Shown here piece by piece: positions 55,635 to 64,000 of a stretch of DNA of 64,000 bases (within the stretch, counting starts at the first letter, position 1; each line of letters begins with the position of its first letter). Origin of the DNA: Candidatus Babelota bacterium (GTDB lineage Bacteria > Babelota > Babeliae > Babelales > JABDEC01); assembly GCA_013287265.1 (NCBI GenBank), contig JABDEC010000001.1:74981-138980 (forward strand). Direction: 5' to 3'. The notes under the pieces were generated by a model. That model did no database searches and was not told the DNA's origin. It worked only from the letters and a program-made list of their open reading frames with translations. The position numbers and the translations under genes are program-made.

Positions 55635-58339
55635 TATTTTCCAATACAATTTGCACAATTTAATTGATTAATATTTAAAGCATTTAACGCATTAATTGAG
55701 GGATATATGCTTTCAATAATTCCAGAATTATTGTTAACACTAAACTCTATTCTTCTATTACAACATTTAGATTCAACGAAATATTTCGTTACATGGTCAT
55801 TTTTGCTTAAAAATTTAGGCTGATTTTTTTCTCCCCATTCAGCAATTTTTTCTAAAACCTTGGGCAAGTCCCAAGATTTGGGGAAAAAAGATGAGGGATT
55901 TCGTGGAACACCTTTATAAAATGTTCTAATTATTTTTTCTAAATTTGGACCATAATCTTTTTCTATTTGATTTTCAAAACAACAATGTCTTTCTTTTATA
56001 AAATGAGAACCAGTAGGCTTTCCATTCCTAATATTTCCATGTTCAACGTGAAATGCGGCTTCTAAATCAATTTTTAAATTATATTTTTTTGCAAAAGATG
56101 AATTATTAAATTTTTCAATTGCTTTGACTATATCTTCTTTTGCCTTTTGCCAATCTTCATGCTTTTTATCTTCAGGATCATTCGGATCATAATCCATGTT
56201 TGGAGATGGCATTGGTGAAATAGCGATAGCTGTTCCAATAATTTCAGCTGCTGGAATATCATCGCTTTCATTTTCATCTTGTTGATGATGCACATTAACA
56301 GGTAATTTTTTTGCAATTTCCACATTTGTAATTTCAGCAATTTCCGCAGGAATAAACTTAGAAATAAGGTTTCGCATTTCAGCTTGATTAGTTGGATTGT
56401 ATTGAACATCCAGGAAATCTTTTTTACCTAGAAAATCATTAAATTTAGTATTGCCTTCTAATGCTTTATAAATACTTTCAGCGGTAAAAAGAAAATTTTT
56501 GGATTCTTTTAGTATTGGATTTTTTGCTGCATAAGTTAAATATCTGAATGCTTTTTGTTGATCGCTTGAATAATCAAGAGATAAAATTTTGTTGGCCAAA
56601 AAAATTAAATTACATTGCTCATCTTTTGAGTATTGTGGATTAATACTAAAGTTTTTAATTAACTCAGAATCGCCATAAGATTTTAATATTCCATTTGGTC
56701 TAAAAAATGCATTAAAAACTTCAGACTTCGTTTCTCTATTTTTTGCAATATCAAAAAAAAGATTAAATTGTTCTTCAGTTTGATTTAATGAATCAATAAA
56801 TTTATAAATTACTTCTTCTACCTCAGATAAATTACTTTGAGCTTGAAATAATTCTTTAATTTTTTCTTTATATAAATGTCTTTGGTAAAGAAATGAATAT
56901 AGTTCTGACGGACTAGTTGTTCTGAGTAAATTAAGATTTTTCTGAGGCATGTTTTTTATAAACGGATCATTTATAGATATGCCTGGTATACCTTTAGAAT
57001 TAAATTTTAATTTTTTATTTACAAGATGATTATAAAATCTTGGAGCGAGTCTATGTTGATCCTGGTATTGCAGTTGTTTAACTATTTTATCTGCAAGATC
57101 AAATCTGCCGGCTTCAATAAATTCATAAATATTCCATAACTTTTTGTTGAATGAACTATTTCTTACTTTGGTAATTAATTCTTCATTAATGTTGACTGAA
57201 TTAAAAAAATTTTCTTTAGCATTTTTATCTATTTTCTGCAATACACTTAACAGTTCGTGATTAGGTGTATAAACAGTCAGAAAATATTGCAAATGCTCGC
57301 TATCAAGAATATTATTTAGTGCAATTGAAATTTCTTTATCTATGCCATATTTATCGTCAACGTTTAATCCGGTAATTTTATCAAGCGATTTTAAATTTCC
57401 TGTTTTTTCATCAAAATAAAATTTCAAGATATGCGATAAAGCTCTATTTATCGTCTTGCTGGCAGGTCCATGTGTCGGATGATCTTCTTTAGTTAACATT
57501 AACCTTGCCAATATTCTTGCTTCAAAATCTTGAGAATTAGAATCTAACAAAATGCATCCAAAAGCACCGATTTCGTGTTGCATGTATCCGTCACGATATG
57601 CAGGCAATTGATGCATCTTAGATGTATGTTGATCATTTATATAATCTTGCGATTTAAAATAAGATGAATTATCTATTGAAATATTTTCATGTGTAAACGA
57701 ATATTTTATTGTCGGAACAAATGCGCTACTTTCTGAATGCTGTGATTTATTTTGAGCTTGTTGGCAATTTTGTATATTTGCTGAAGTTGAATCAAAAAAT
57801 AATTCAGACTCTTTTGAAGAATTTCCATTACGCAAAACATACGTTTCACGCTTCATGTTTGTAACAGGAGGAGCAATTGAAGGAACTTTTTCTGCTACTA
57901 AATTTTCTTTTTTTTGAGTGCTCGAAACATCTTCATGAACAATTGATATATTTGTAGCTAGCTTTTGATCTTTGGATTCTTTTGAAATTTTTTCCAAAAC
58001 CTCAAGCATTTGAGGATAAAAACCAAAATTTTTTATAACATCTTCTTTAGTAATTATAAGAGCCTTTTTTTTGTTTTGAAGATTTTGAATCATTAATTTT
58101 TTATTTAAATCATCGAAATCATCGTGCTTAAAAAATCTTTTCCAATAAACAGGTGCAATTTCACCTAATTGCATTCCAATTTCAGGCAATGCGGCCATGA
58201 TCAATCTAAAAGCCTGTGAAGCTACAATCTGATTTATTGAATATACATTCGAAAGAGGCTGAAAAATTAAAAATAAAGAAGTTAAAAGAAAAATTTTATT
58301 TTTAGATGATTTAATTTTTAATCTGATGTGTTTTAACAT
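55634..58339 (-). CDS. Large secreted protein with a C-terminal EndoU-like nuclease/toxin module
   Basis: Sec signal peptide. The C-terminal landmarks are FHVEHGNIRNGKPTGSHF, SSFFPKSWDLPKVLEKIAEW and GIIESIYPS. Confidence 0.55.
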   Translation of the reverse strand: MLKHIRLKIKSSKNKIFLLTSLFLIFQPLSNVYSINQIVASQAFRLIMAALPEIGMQLGEIAPVYWKRFFKHDDFDDLNKKLMIQNLQNKKKALIITKEDVIKNFGFYPQMLEVLEKISKESKDQKLATNISIVHEDVSSTQKKENLVAEKVPSIAPPVTNMKRETYVLRNGNSSKESELFFDSTSANIQNCQQAQNKSQHSESSAFVPTIKYSFTHENISIDNSSYFKSQDYINDQHTSKMHQLPAYRDGYMQHEIGAFGCILLDSNSQDFEARILARLMLTKEDHPTHGPASKTINRALSHILKFYFDEKTGNLKSLDKITGLNVDDKYGIDKEISIALNNILDSEHLQYFLTVYTPNHELLSVLQKIDKNAKENFFNSVNINEELITKVRNSSFNKKLWNIYEFIEAGRFDLADKIVKQLQYQDQHRLAPRFYNHLVNKKLKFNSKGIPGISINDPFIKNMPQKNLNLLRTTSPSELYSFLYQRHLYKEKIKELFQAQSNLSEVEEVIYKFIDSLNQTEEQFNLFFDIAKNRETKSEVFNAFFRPNGILKSYGDSELIKNFSINPQYSKDEQCNLIFLANKILSLDYSSDQQKAFRYLTYAAKNPILKESKNFLFTAESIYKALEGNTKFNDFLGKKDFLDVQYNPTNQAEMRNLISKFIPAEIAEITNVEIAKKLPVNVHHQQDENESDDIPAAEIIGTAIAISPMPSPNMDYDPNDPEDKKHEDWQKAKEDIVKAIEKFNNSSFAKKYNLKIDLEAAFHVEHGNIRNGKPTGSHFIKERHCCFENQIEKDYGPNLEKIIRTFYKGVPRNPSSFFPKSWDLPKVLEKIAEWGEKNQPKFLSKNDHVTKYFVESKCCNRRIEFSVNNNSGIIESIYPSINALNALNINQLNCANCIGK

Positions 58340-58466
58340 GATGTGTAATTTTTTATGTTTGTAATTCTTATTAAATTATATTAATTATTTATTGAATTTT
58401 AAAAAAAATATGTTAATTTTTTTTAAATATAACAAAATATAACAATACAATAAATTTGAGGCAACC

Positions 58467-59663
58467 ATGTTAAAAAAAATTATTTTGTTTTTAATTCTTC
58501 TTTCATCGCCGTTGAATAATTTCTGCGAATCAAACAATTCGAATCAAAATTTAGAAATTCCATTGCTGCGTCCCAGAATTGTAGAAAAAAAAATTAGCAA
58601 ATTCAAAAAAGTTTTAAATTTTGTTATAAGAAAACAAGTTTTCCCTCGTAAAGTGGTAAAACTAAATAATATAAAGGGTATTAGCGGCACCATTCCTTAT
58701 GAATTATATGTATTAATTGAAGAACTTAAAATCTATAAAGATATTCACACAAAAAATGATTTAACTCCAAATAAAATAATTTTATATGGACCGCCCGGCA
58801 ACGGAAAAAGTACATTAGCAAGAAAATTTGCAGAATTAACAGATAGTCTTTTAATTGAACAAAAAGGTTCAGTAGTTGTTCAACATTATGTCGGTGACGG
58901 TCCAAAAAAAATAGAAGATTTATTCGAAGCAGCAGAAGCAATGGCAGATGAACATAATAAAAGAGTGGTGATCTTTATAGATGAAGTTGATGCGTTTGCA
59001 GATAATTCTTTAAAAGGTGAATCCATAAAAGACTATGAAAATGCTACTCAAACGTTGTGGTTAAATCTTGATAAATACAAAGACAGCAATAAAATTTTTG
59101 TAATTTTGGCAACAAATAAATTCAAGCAATTAAATCCCATTTTACTTGATAGATTTGGAGATAATATAATAGAATTACCAAATCCAGATAGTATTATGCG
59201 CAAAGAAATTTTAGAATACTATATAAATAAATATAATGTAAAAATCAATACAAACATTAACGAATTAGTAAATCAAACTAAAAAAATGAGCATAAGATCC
59301 ATTGAAGATCTAATAAAATCTGCAAAGAGAAACGCAAATCTGGAAAAAGCACCAATAGTAAAATTTGCAAATTTAAAAGAAATGGCTTTAACAAGTTTAC
59401 GTAAATCAAAATATGATGATGATAAAACAAATAAAGCGCAACAATCACTAATTCCATGGCAAAAAGCATACATTGCTGTTGGAATAATAGTCATGGTAGC
59501 AGGATTAATCTATTCAGTTAAGCCTGAATGGGTCAACAAAACTTTAAATAGAGAAGTCATTGCTCCTACAACTACAAATATTAAAACTAATTTTATGATT
59601 TTTGATAAGGAATCAGGCAGAAAAGCATTAGAGCAAATAAACGGACAAGGCTTACTAACTTAA
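58467..59663 (+). CDS. Membrane-anchored classical AAA+ ATPase
   Basis: Walker A GPPGNGKST, Walker B VIFIDEVD, and ATN...LDRF. Has an N-terminal signal/anchor and a C-terminal TM segment (AYIAVGIIVMVAGLIY). Confidence 0.7.
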   Translation: MLKKIILFLILLSSPLNNFCESNNSNQNLEIPLLRPRIVEKKISKFKKVLNFVIRKQVFPRKVVKLNNIKGISGTIPYELYVLIEELKIYKDIHTKNDLTPNKIILYGPPGNGKSTLARKFAELTDSLLIEQKGSVVVQHYVGDGPKKIEDLFEAAEAMADEHNKRVVIFIDEVDAFADNSLKGESIKDYENATQTLWLNLDKYKDSNKIFVILATNKFKQLNPILLDRFGDNIIELPNPDSIMRKEILEYYINKYNVKINTNINELVNQTKKMSIRSIEDLIKSAKRNANLEKAPIVKFANLKEMALTSLRKSKYDDDKTNKAQQSLIPWQKAYIAVGIIVMVAGLIYSVKPEWVNKTLNREVIAPTTTNIKTNFMIFDKESGRKALEQINGQGLLT

Positions 59664-59703
59664 TTCTTGCTTTTACAGATCACATTAAATTAATTTTTAT
59701 TTG

Positions 59704-60258
59704 ATGAATAAAAATAATTTAAGAATATTGATTTCTGCTTATTCCGCTTCAATTTTTTCGCAAGGAATTTTGTCGCCAATTTATGCATTTTTTGTATTAA
59801 AAATTGGTGGTGGAATTTTAGAAACTGCATATTCAACAGCATTATTTTCAATTGTCACAGGAATAGTAACAATTTTAATTTATCGCACAAAATGGAGCAG
59901 AAAATATGAAAAAGAATGTCTTGTTTGGGGATGGTTTTTGTGGACAGCAAGTCTTTTGATGTATTGCTGCATTACTTCAATAATTGCTTTATGTATTTCA
60001 CAAGTTTTAAATGCTTTGGGAAATGCATTTTCGCAAGCAGCTTTTGATGTCGAATATGCAAAAGTTACTCATTCTGATCCTGCACATGGATGGTCTTGGT
60101 TTGAAGGAGCTACAAATATAACTTCAGGAATCGCATCACTTTTTACAGGAATTCTTGCACTTTATTTTGGTTTACAATTTTTAATGATTTGCATGTCAAT
60201 TTTTGCAACAATTTCTTTTCTGATTATTTATTATTATTCATATGTTAAAAAAATTTAA
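59704..60258 (+). CDS. Polytopic membrane protein
   Basis: About 5 TM helices. ATG at 59704; the ORF-track start is TTG 59701. Confidence 0.5.
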   Translation: MNKNNLRILISAYSASIFSQGILSPIYAFFVLKIGGGILETAYSTALFSIVTGIVTILIYRTKWSRKYEKECLVWGWFLWTASLLMYCCITSIIALCISQVLNALGNAFSQAAFDVEYAKVTHSDPAHGWSWFEGATNITSGIASLFTGILALYFGLQFLMICMSIFATISFLIIYYYSYVKKI

Positions 60259-60766
60259 AAAAGGAAAATTTATGTTTGCTCTAATTATCATCTTTTTTTT
60301 TCTTTTTTCTGCAAATTTAATAAATGCAGATATTATTTGGCCGGGATTAATATATATAGACGGCATTTTACAATCCTTTCCTTATATAATTTTTGGGTTT
60401 ATTGTTGAATTTTTAATTATTCAATATGGTACAAAATTATCATTCAAAAAAGCTTTTATCATTGTGTTACTTATGAATTTAGTTTCATTTTTGTTGGGGA
60501 TTATACTGATTCCAATTGCTACTATTTTTTTGGAAATCATTTACAGCATTTCCGTATATCAATTTTTTAAAATAGGAACTTTTTCTCTCATAACACAAAT
60601 TTCGACTTTTATAATAATTGTTGCAATCAATACAATAATTGAGAGTTGGATAATTTTGTTAAAATATCCAAAATTTAATGAAAAGAAAATTATTATTCTT
60701 GTGACAATTGCAAACGCACTAAGTACTGCTATTGCCGTATTTGGTATATATAAAATGCAATTTTAG
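60242..60766 (+). CDS. Polytopic membrane protein
   Basis: About 5 TM helices. Overlaps the upstream gene. Confidence 0.5.
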   Translation: MLKKFKKGKFMFALIIIFFFLFSANLINADIIWPGLIYIDGILQSFPYIIFGFIVEFLIIQYGTKLSFKKAFIIVLLMNLVSFLLGIILIPIATIFLEIIYSISVYQFFKIGTFSLITQISTFIIIVAINTIIESWIILLKYPKFNEKKIIILVTIANALSTAIAVFGIYKMQF

Positions 60767-60883
60767 AAAGCCAGTCAAAAATTTAACGATCTTTTAAAAA
60801 AAACCATTGATTTTGCCCTTTCAATCTTATTATAATGAAAATTAAGAAGATAAATTATAGGTTGATTTATCAAATATCTTTAA

Positions 60884-61285
60884 ATGGAGAGAAAAATGAT
60901 AAAAAAAATTTTAATTTTATTTAGTTTTTTGATAATTGCAAATCAAATAAGTGCACAACAAGATCAAATAAGTTTTATAAATAATACAGGAATTCAAAAT
61001 AATAATATTAATTTATTTTTTGCAGATGATAGAAACAACTCTTTAGGAACAAATGTCATTAACCCAAGCTCACAAAAACAAACATTTAATGTTCCAAATG
61101 GAACTAAAAAAATTGCATTAGCATTTTCAAAACAAATTAAGGGTGTTTGCGATTTGCCTGTAAATGGACGCTTTCCATCCGTAATTCAATTTATCCCGGG
61201 GAAAACTTACACAATTACAAAAGGAAATTGTCAGTGTAGTGGCCAACGCCATTTTGTATGCAAATTAGATTTTAATGTAAGTTAA
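60884..61285 (+). CDS. Small secreted protein
   Basis: Signal peptide IKKILILFSFLIIANQISA and a Cys-containing beta-rich body. Confidence 0.5.
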   Translation: MERKMIKKILILFSFLIIANQISAQQDQISFINNTGIQNNNINLFFADDRNNSLGTNVINPSSQKQTFNVPNGTKKIALAFSKQIKGVCDLPVNGRFPSVIQFIPGKTYTITKGNCQCSGQRHFVCKLDFNVS

Positions 61286-61306
61286 AAATCTTGAATTTAA
61301 AAAAAA

Positions 61307-61330
61307 AGAGAGCTAAAAATTTAGCTCTCT
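61307..61330. terminator. Bidirectional terminator between convergent genes
   Basis: agagagcta pairs with tagctctct, with an A8 run before and a T-rich run after. Confidence 0.6.
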
Positions 61331-61356
61331 ATAAAAAAATTTTTGTGGAAAAATTA

Positions 61357-62112
61357 TTAAGTGACTTTACAACCCTTATTTACTAAGTCAGTTATTTTTT
61401 GAGTTACAATCTGATCTAATCTCTTTTGAAATGCTTGACTATTTAAAAGTTCTTCTTGTAATTCAGGACTTTTAACAACAGTTTCAATAACATCTTCACC
61501 TGTTTCAATAGGTTTACTTTTAACACTTTTCCATTGATTAATAAAATGTCTAGCAGAAGCAATTGTCGCGCAAAAAAATGGAAAACTCCAATAAGACCTA
61601 ATCATACCTGTGCCTAAATAGTAATCTAAATTTCCTATTACGAAAGCGCATCCATAAGTTAATACAATTTTAAAAATTATATTATGCCGTTTAATACCTT
61701 TATGAATTTCATTTCCAAAATTTTGTTGAGCTGCTAATACTGCTGCACTGTCTGGAGCAAATACTAAATTGGATCCAGTAGAGACTATACCACTTCCTAA
61801 ACAACCTATAACATTACTATATTTAGTTAAACATCGTTTTGGTCCGATGCAAGATTGTGAAAAAAAATTTGAAATTTTGGATTTTAATCTTGATAAACAA
61901 TTTTCTTTAGGAATATCTTCTTCATTTTGACCTAATTGATCTTCTAATTCAATTCTCTCTTCTGATTCTCTTTTTGATTCTTCGTCAGGCAGTAATTGTG
62001 CTCTTAATGATGCAAGCTGAGCCTCAGCGCAATTTAACGAATTTGATGATAAATTTGATAATAGAATTGCTAGAGCGATTGTTAATTTTAAACCATTTGA
62101 TTTTATAGACAT
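61357..62112 (-). CDS. Hypothetical secreted/membrane protein
   Basis: Signal peptide, an acidic coiled segment, and two hydrophobic segments. Confidence 0.5.
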   Translation of the reverse strand: MSIKSNGLKLTIALAILLSNLSSNSLNCAEAQLASLRAQLLPDEESKRESEERIELEDQLGQNEEDIPKENCLSRLKSKISNFFSQSCIGPKRCLTKYSNVIGCLGSGIVSTGSNLVFAPDSAAVLAAQQNFGNEIHKGIKRHNIIFKIVLTYGCAFVIGNLDYYLGTGMIRSYWSFPFFCATIASARHFINQWKSVKSKPIETGEDVIETVVKSPELQEELLNSQAFQKRLDQIVTQKITDLVNKGCKVT

Positions 62113-62273
62113 TTTTTATCCTTCCATTTCCCCTTTTATTTGTTATACAGCGGCCTACTAATCTTTAGGATAAATTATTTAATAAATTTGTCAATCTGAA
62201 TATAATATATTGATTTTTTATATAAATATTATCTATTATTAAATTAGGTAATTTTAAAGTAAAGGATATTATT

Positions 62274-62435
62274 ATGAAAAATTTTAAATATTTGTTAATT
62301 GTTCTTATTTCAAGCAGTATGAATGTTGCAAAACCCGAAACAAAAGAAATTGAATCTAATACCACACCAGTGGTCGAATTAACTCAAGAAGGAAATAAAT
62401 CAGTATTAAAAGTTTGCTGGCCACCTAATTGTTAA
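62274..62435 (+). CDS. 53-aa secreted peptide ending in CWPPNC
   Basis: Below the track cutoff. An AAGGA RBS lies 8 nt upstream. Own translation: MKNFKYLLIVLISSSMNVAKPETKEIESNTTPVVELTQEGNKSVLKVCWPPNC. Confidence 0.35.
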   Translation: MKNFKYLLIVLISSSMNVAKPETKEIESNTTPVVELTQEGNKSVLKVCWPPNC

Positions 62436-62865
62436 TAGAAATTTGCACTTTCCGTTTTTTATCATCAGATAGATCATAATCTATCTCTATAGAACAGGTT
62501 TGGATACGCTTTAATTTAAGTATAGGCTCGATAACTTCAGGCCATTCTATAAGGCATTTTCCTGATTTATCGATTAAAAATTCATCAAAACCGGCCATTA
62601 AGAAGTCATCAATGGTCTTTATGCGGTAAAGATCAAAATGGTAAAAATGCTCATTATTGGCATTTTTATACAAATTCATATACGTAAATGTTGGGCTGAT
62701 TATTTCATCTTTTACCCCAAAATCCTTGAGTAATTCTTTTATCAGAGTAGTTTTGCCTGCGCCTAATGGGCCTTTAAAGGTGAAAATTTGGCAATTTTTG
62801 AGCTTTTTAGCTAGTTGTTTGGCTATTTCAGGTAATTCTTCAAGGGTAAAAATTATTGTTTCCAT
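62425..62865 (-). CDS. tsaE: tRNA t6A37 biosynthesis ATPase TsaE
   Basis: Matches GPLGAGKTTL...SPTF...Y......HFD.YR. 146 aa. Confidence 0.8.
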   Translation of the reverse strand: METIIFTLEELPEIAKQLAKKLKNCQIFTFKGPLGAGKTTLIKELLKDFGVKDEIISPTFTYMNLYKNANNEHFYHFDLYRIKTIDDFLMAGFDEFLIDKSGKCLIEWPEVIEPILKLKRIQTCSIEIDYDLSDDKKRKVQISINN

Positions 62866-63444
62866 TTATAATTTTTTAATCTTTTTTATTAATTTTCTAT
62901 CATTTTTAGGCAATTCTTTTAACTTCGCTTTAGATTTTGGTTCAAAATCTTCTTTTTTCTTTAAAATTGTTTTACTTGCTTCCTGCATTAGTTTATCCAA
63001 TTCATCATTCGTTTTTTGGGTAATTTTATGAGCAATATCATCACTTTTTTGCATTGAAAGTTCAGGAATAAATTCTTTTTCTTCTTTCATAAAATTATAA
63101 AATTCCTGAGAAGAAATTGAATCAATATTTATTTGTTTTGCAAATTTTCTTAATTCATTGTCTGAAGTGATTAATAATAATTCTTTATTTTTATGATCAT
63201 CAAGAATGTTTTTAATTATTTCATCTGCAGAATATTTGTAGCCCGAATAAGTTATTGTAACTTCCTGAAAAATATCGGTAGTGGGAAATGTGTAACCACC
63301 GCCATCAAAAACAATTGTAATTTTATGATGTCTTTTTTTTGCGTAAATATTTAATTTTTTGACAAAATCTTCACGCACTTTTTCATTAGCGTCTTTTGAA
63401 ATAACATTTTTAATTAAATTATAACCGTCAATTAATAAAATCAT
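62866..63444 (-). CDS. YacP/Rae1-like NYN-domain ribonuclease
   Basis: ILLIDGYNLI, IVFDG, SADE.I and ITSD are collinear with B. subtilis YacP. Confidence 0.7.
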   Translation of the reverse strand: MILLIDGYNLIKNVISKDANEKVREDFVKKLNIYAKKRHHKITIVFDGGGYTFPTTDIFQEVTITYSGYKYSADEIIKNILDDHKNKELLLITSDNELRKFAKQINIDSISSQEFYNFMKEEKEFIPELSMQKSDDIAHKITQKTNDELDKLMQEASKTILKKKEDFEPKSKAKLKELPKNDRKLIKKIKKL

Positions 63445-63524
63445 AAATTTAGAATATACAATTCGGAATGAAGTTTAAAGAATTAGTTGATAAAAACATA
63501 GCTTTAAAATAAATTAAATTATAG

Positions 63525-63579
63525 CGCTCGTGGTGTCCCTCGATACATTTTGCTTGCGCAAAACACTCGGGATAATTAT
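63525..63579 (+). repeat. Copy of the GC-hairpin repeat family
   Basis: 63536-63579 matches the left arm of the 2160-2336 element at about 40 of 44 positions (tccctcgatacattttgcttgcgcaaaacactcgggataatta). It is preceded by gcgctcgtggtg, shared with 1407-1417. Confidence 0.65.
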
Positions 63580-63685
63580 TATTTATTCGCAAAATCACTG
63601 CCGACTCCGCCATAGTTCATTGCATATTACTTTGCTATGCCCAACAGAGACTACGGCCGGACAGGGTGATTAGGGAACTGATTTT

Positions 63686-64000
63686 ATGGCTCAATTAGTT
63701 CAGATGAAGCAACAAATTCGCGCAATAGAGACGATCAAAAAAATTACTCACGCAATGAGATTAATCTCCATGTCTGCCCATTCAAAAATGGGAAATAAAA
63801 TTAATAATTTGCAAAATTATAAAAATGAGTTGTCCAAAATAATCAATATTATTGATTTGTTAGATGATAAATCTATTCAAGACAAATTAACTGATCTCGA
63901 AACTCCAAAAAAAACTTTGATAATTTTAGTTGCTTCACAAAAAGGGCTTGCAGGAAATTTCAATTCAAATTTATTCAGGTTTTTTGAAAGAAACAATAGC
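63686..64000 (+). CDS. atpG: F-type ATP synthase gamma subunit (5' part; runs off the window)
   Basis: Own translation MAQLVQMKQQIRAIETIKKITHAMRLISMSAH... is the canonical gamma-subunit N-terminus. Confidence 0.85.
   Translation, partial: MAQLVQMKQQIRAIETIKKITHAMRLISMSAHSKMGNKINNLQNYKNELSKIINIIDLLDDKSIQDKLTDLETPKKTLIILVASQKGLAGNFNSNLFRFFERNNS

Noticed and set aside
56128-59494. ORFs 56128-56409, 58726-58941, 59273-59494 and 59278-59469
   Set aside because: These are alternative-frame or antisense ORFs inside the 901-aa toxin-like gene and the AAA+ gene.
54783-59663. Reading the AAA+ ATPase, nuclease-like protein and 283-aa ORF as a three-gene anti-phage defence system
   Set aside because: The nuclease-like protein has a clear Sec signal peptide and the ATPase is membrane-anchored and divergently transcribed. 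A secreted toxin or effector with an immunity partner fits better. The defence-system idea has no positive evidence in the sequence.
62165-63031. ORFs 62165-62365 (-) and 62657-63031 (+)
   Set aside because: The first has no RBS and competes with a better + strand small ORF. The second is antisense to tsaE and the yacP-like gene.
63580-63685. Known riboswitch classes (fluoride, ZTP, preQ1, SAM-II) in the atpG leader
   Set aside because: Only fragmentary resemblance was seen (for example cgccata and tgccca). None of the conserved cores I remember are present.

Overview
AT-rich (about 70% A+T by eye) bacterial chromosome segment using the standard code: TGA is a stop and Trp is TGG. Genes are tightly packed, often with 1-nt TAATG stop/start overlaps. 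Translation and transcription housekeeping genes dominate. The core is a minus-strand cluster: tRNA-Tyr, tRNA-Gly, two tRNA-Thr, rpmG, tRNA-Trp, secE, nusG, rplK, rplA, rplJ, rplL, rpoB, rpoC, tRNA-Val, rpsO, pnp, rph, holA. Also present are ffh (partial), hflX, pcrA/uvrD, proS, trpS, tyrS, valS, ybeY, rsmE, tsaE, a yacP-like gene, glmM and atpG (partial). Between these lie many small lineage-specific ORFs with signal peptides and/or membrane anchors, plus eukaryote-like modules (ankyrin, ubiquitin-like fold, TMTC-like TPR glycosyltransferase, membrane AAA+). This is the pattern of a reduced, host-associated bacterium, possibly Dependentiae/TM6-like; that assignment is an inference I cannot verify here. 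There is no rRNA, CRISPR array, transposase or prophage. Observations worth follow-up: (1) a secreted 901-aa protein with an EndoU-like C-terminal toxin module, translationally coupled to a signal-less candidate immunity gene; (2) a cdaA-cdaR-glmM operon whose CdaA homologue has lost the DGA and RHR catalytic motifs; (3) a 63-aa, 9-Cys insertion (probable double zinc ribbon) in the N-terminal part of RpoB; (4) a family of GC-rich hairpin repeats in intergenic DNA, including a 177-bp MITE/REPIN-like inverted doublet with compensatory stem changes; (5) two signal-peptide-bearing ubiquitin-like proteins; (6) a tandem array of about 8 small SP+TM genes, with a 121-nt perfectly identical block next to a completely divergent central cassette; (7) an M50-like membrane protein lacking HExxH; (8) a ProRS in which a CxxC...CxxC ribbon replaces the INS editing domain. 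All homology calls come from reading the translations and recalling family motifs. No database search was possible.
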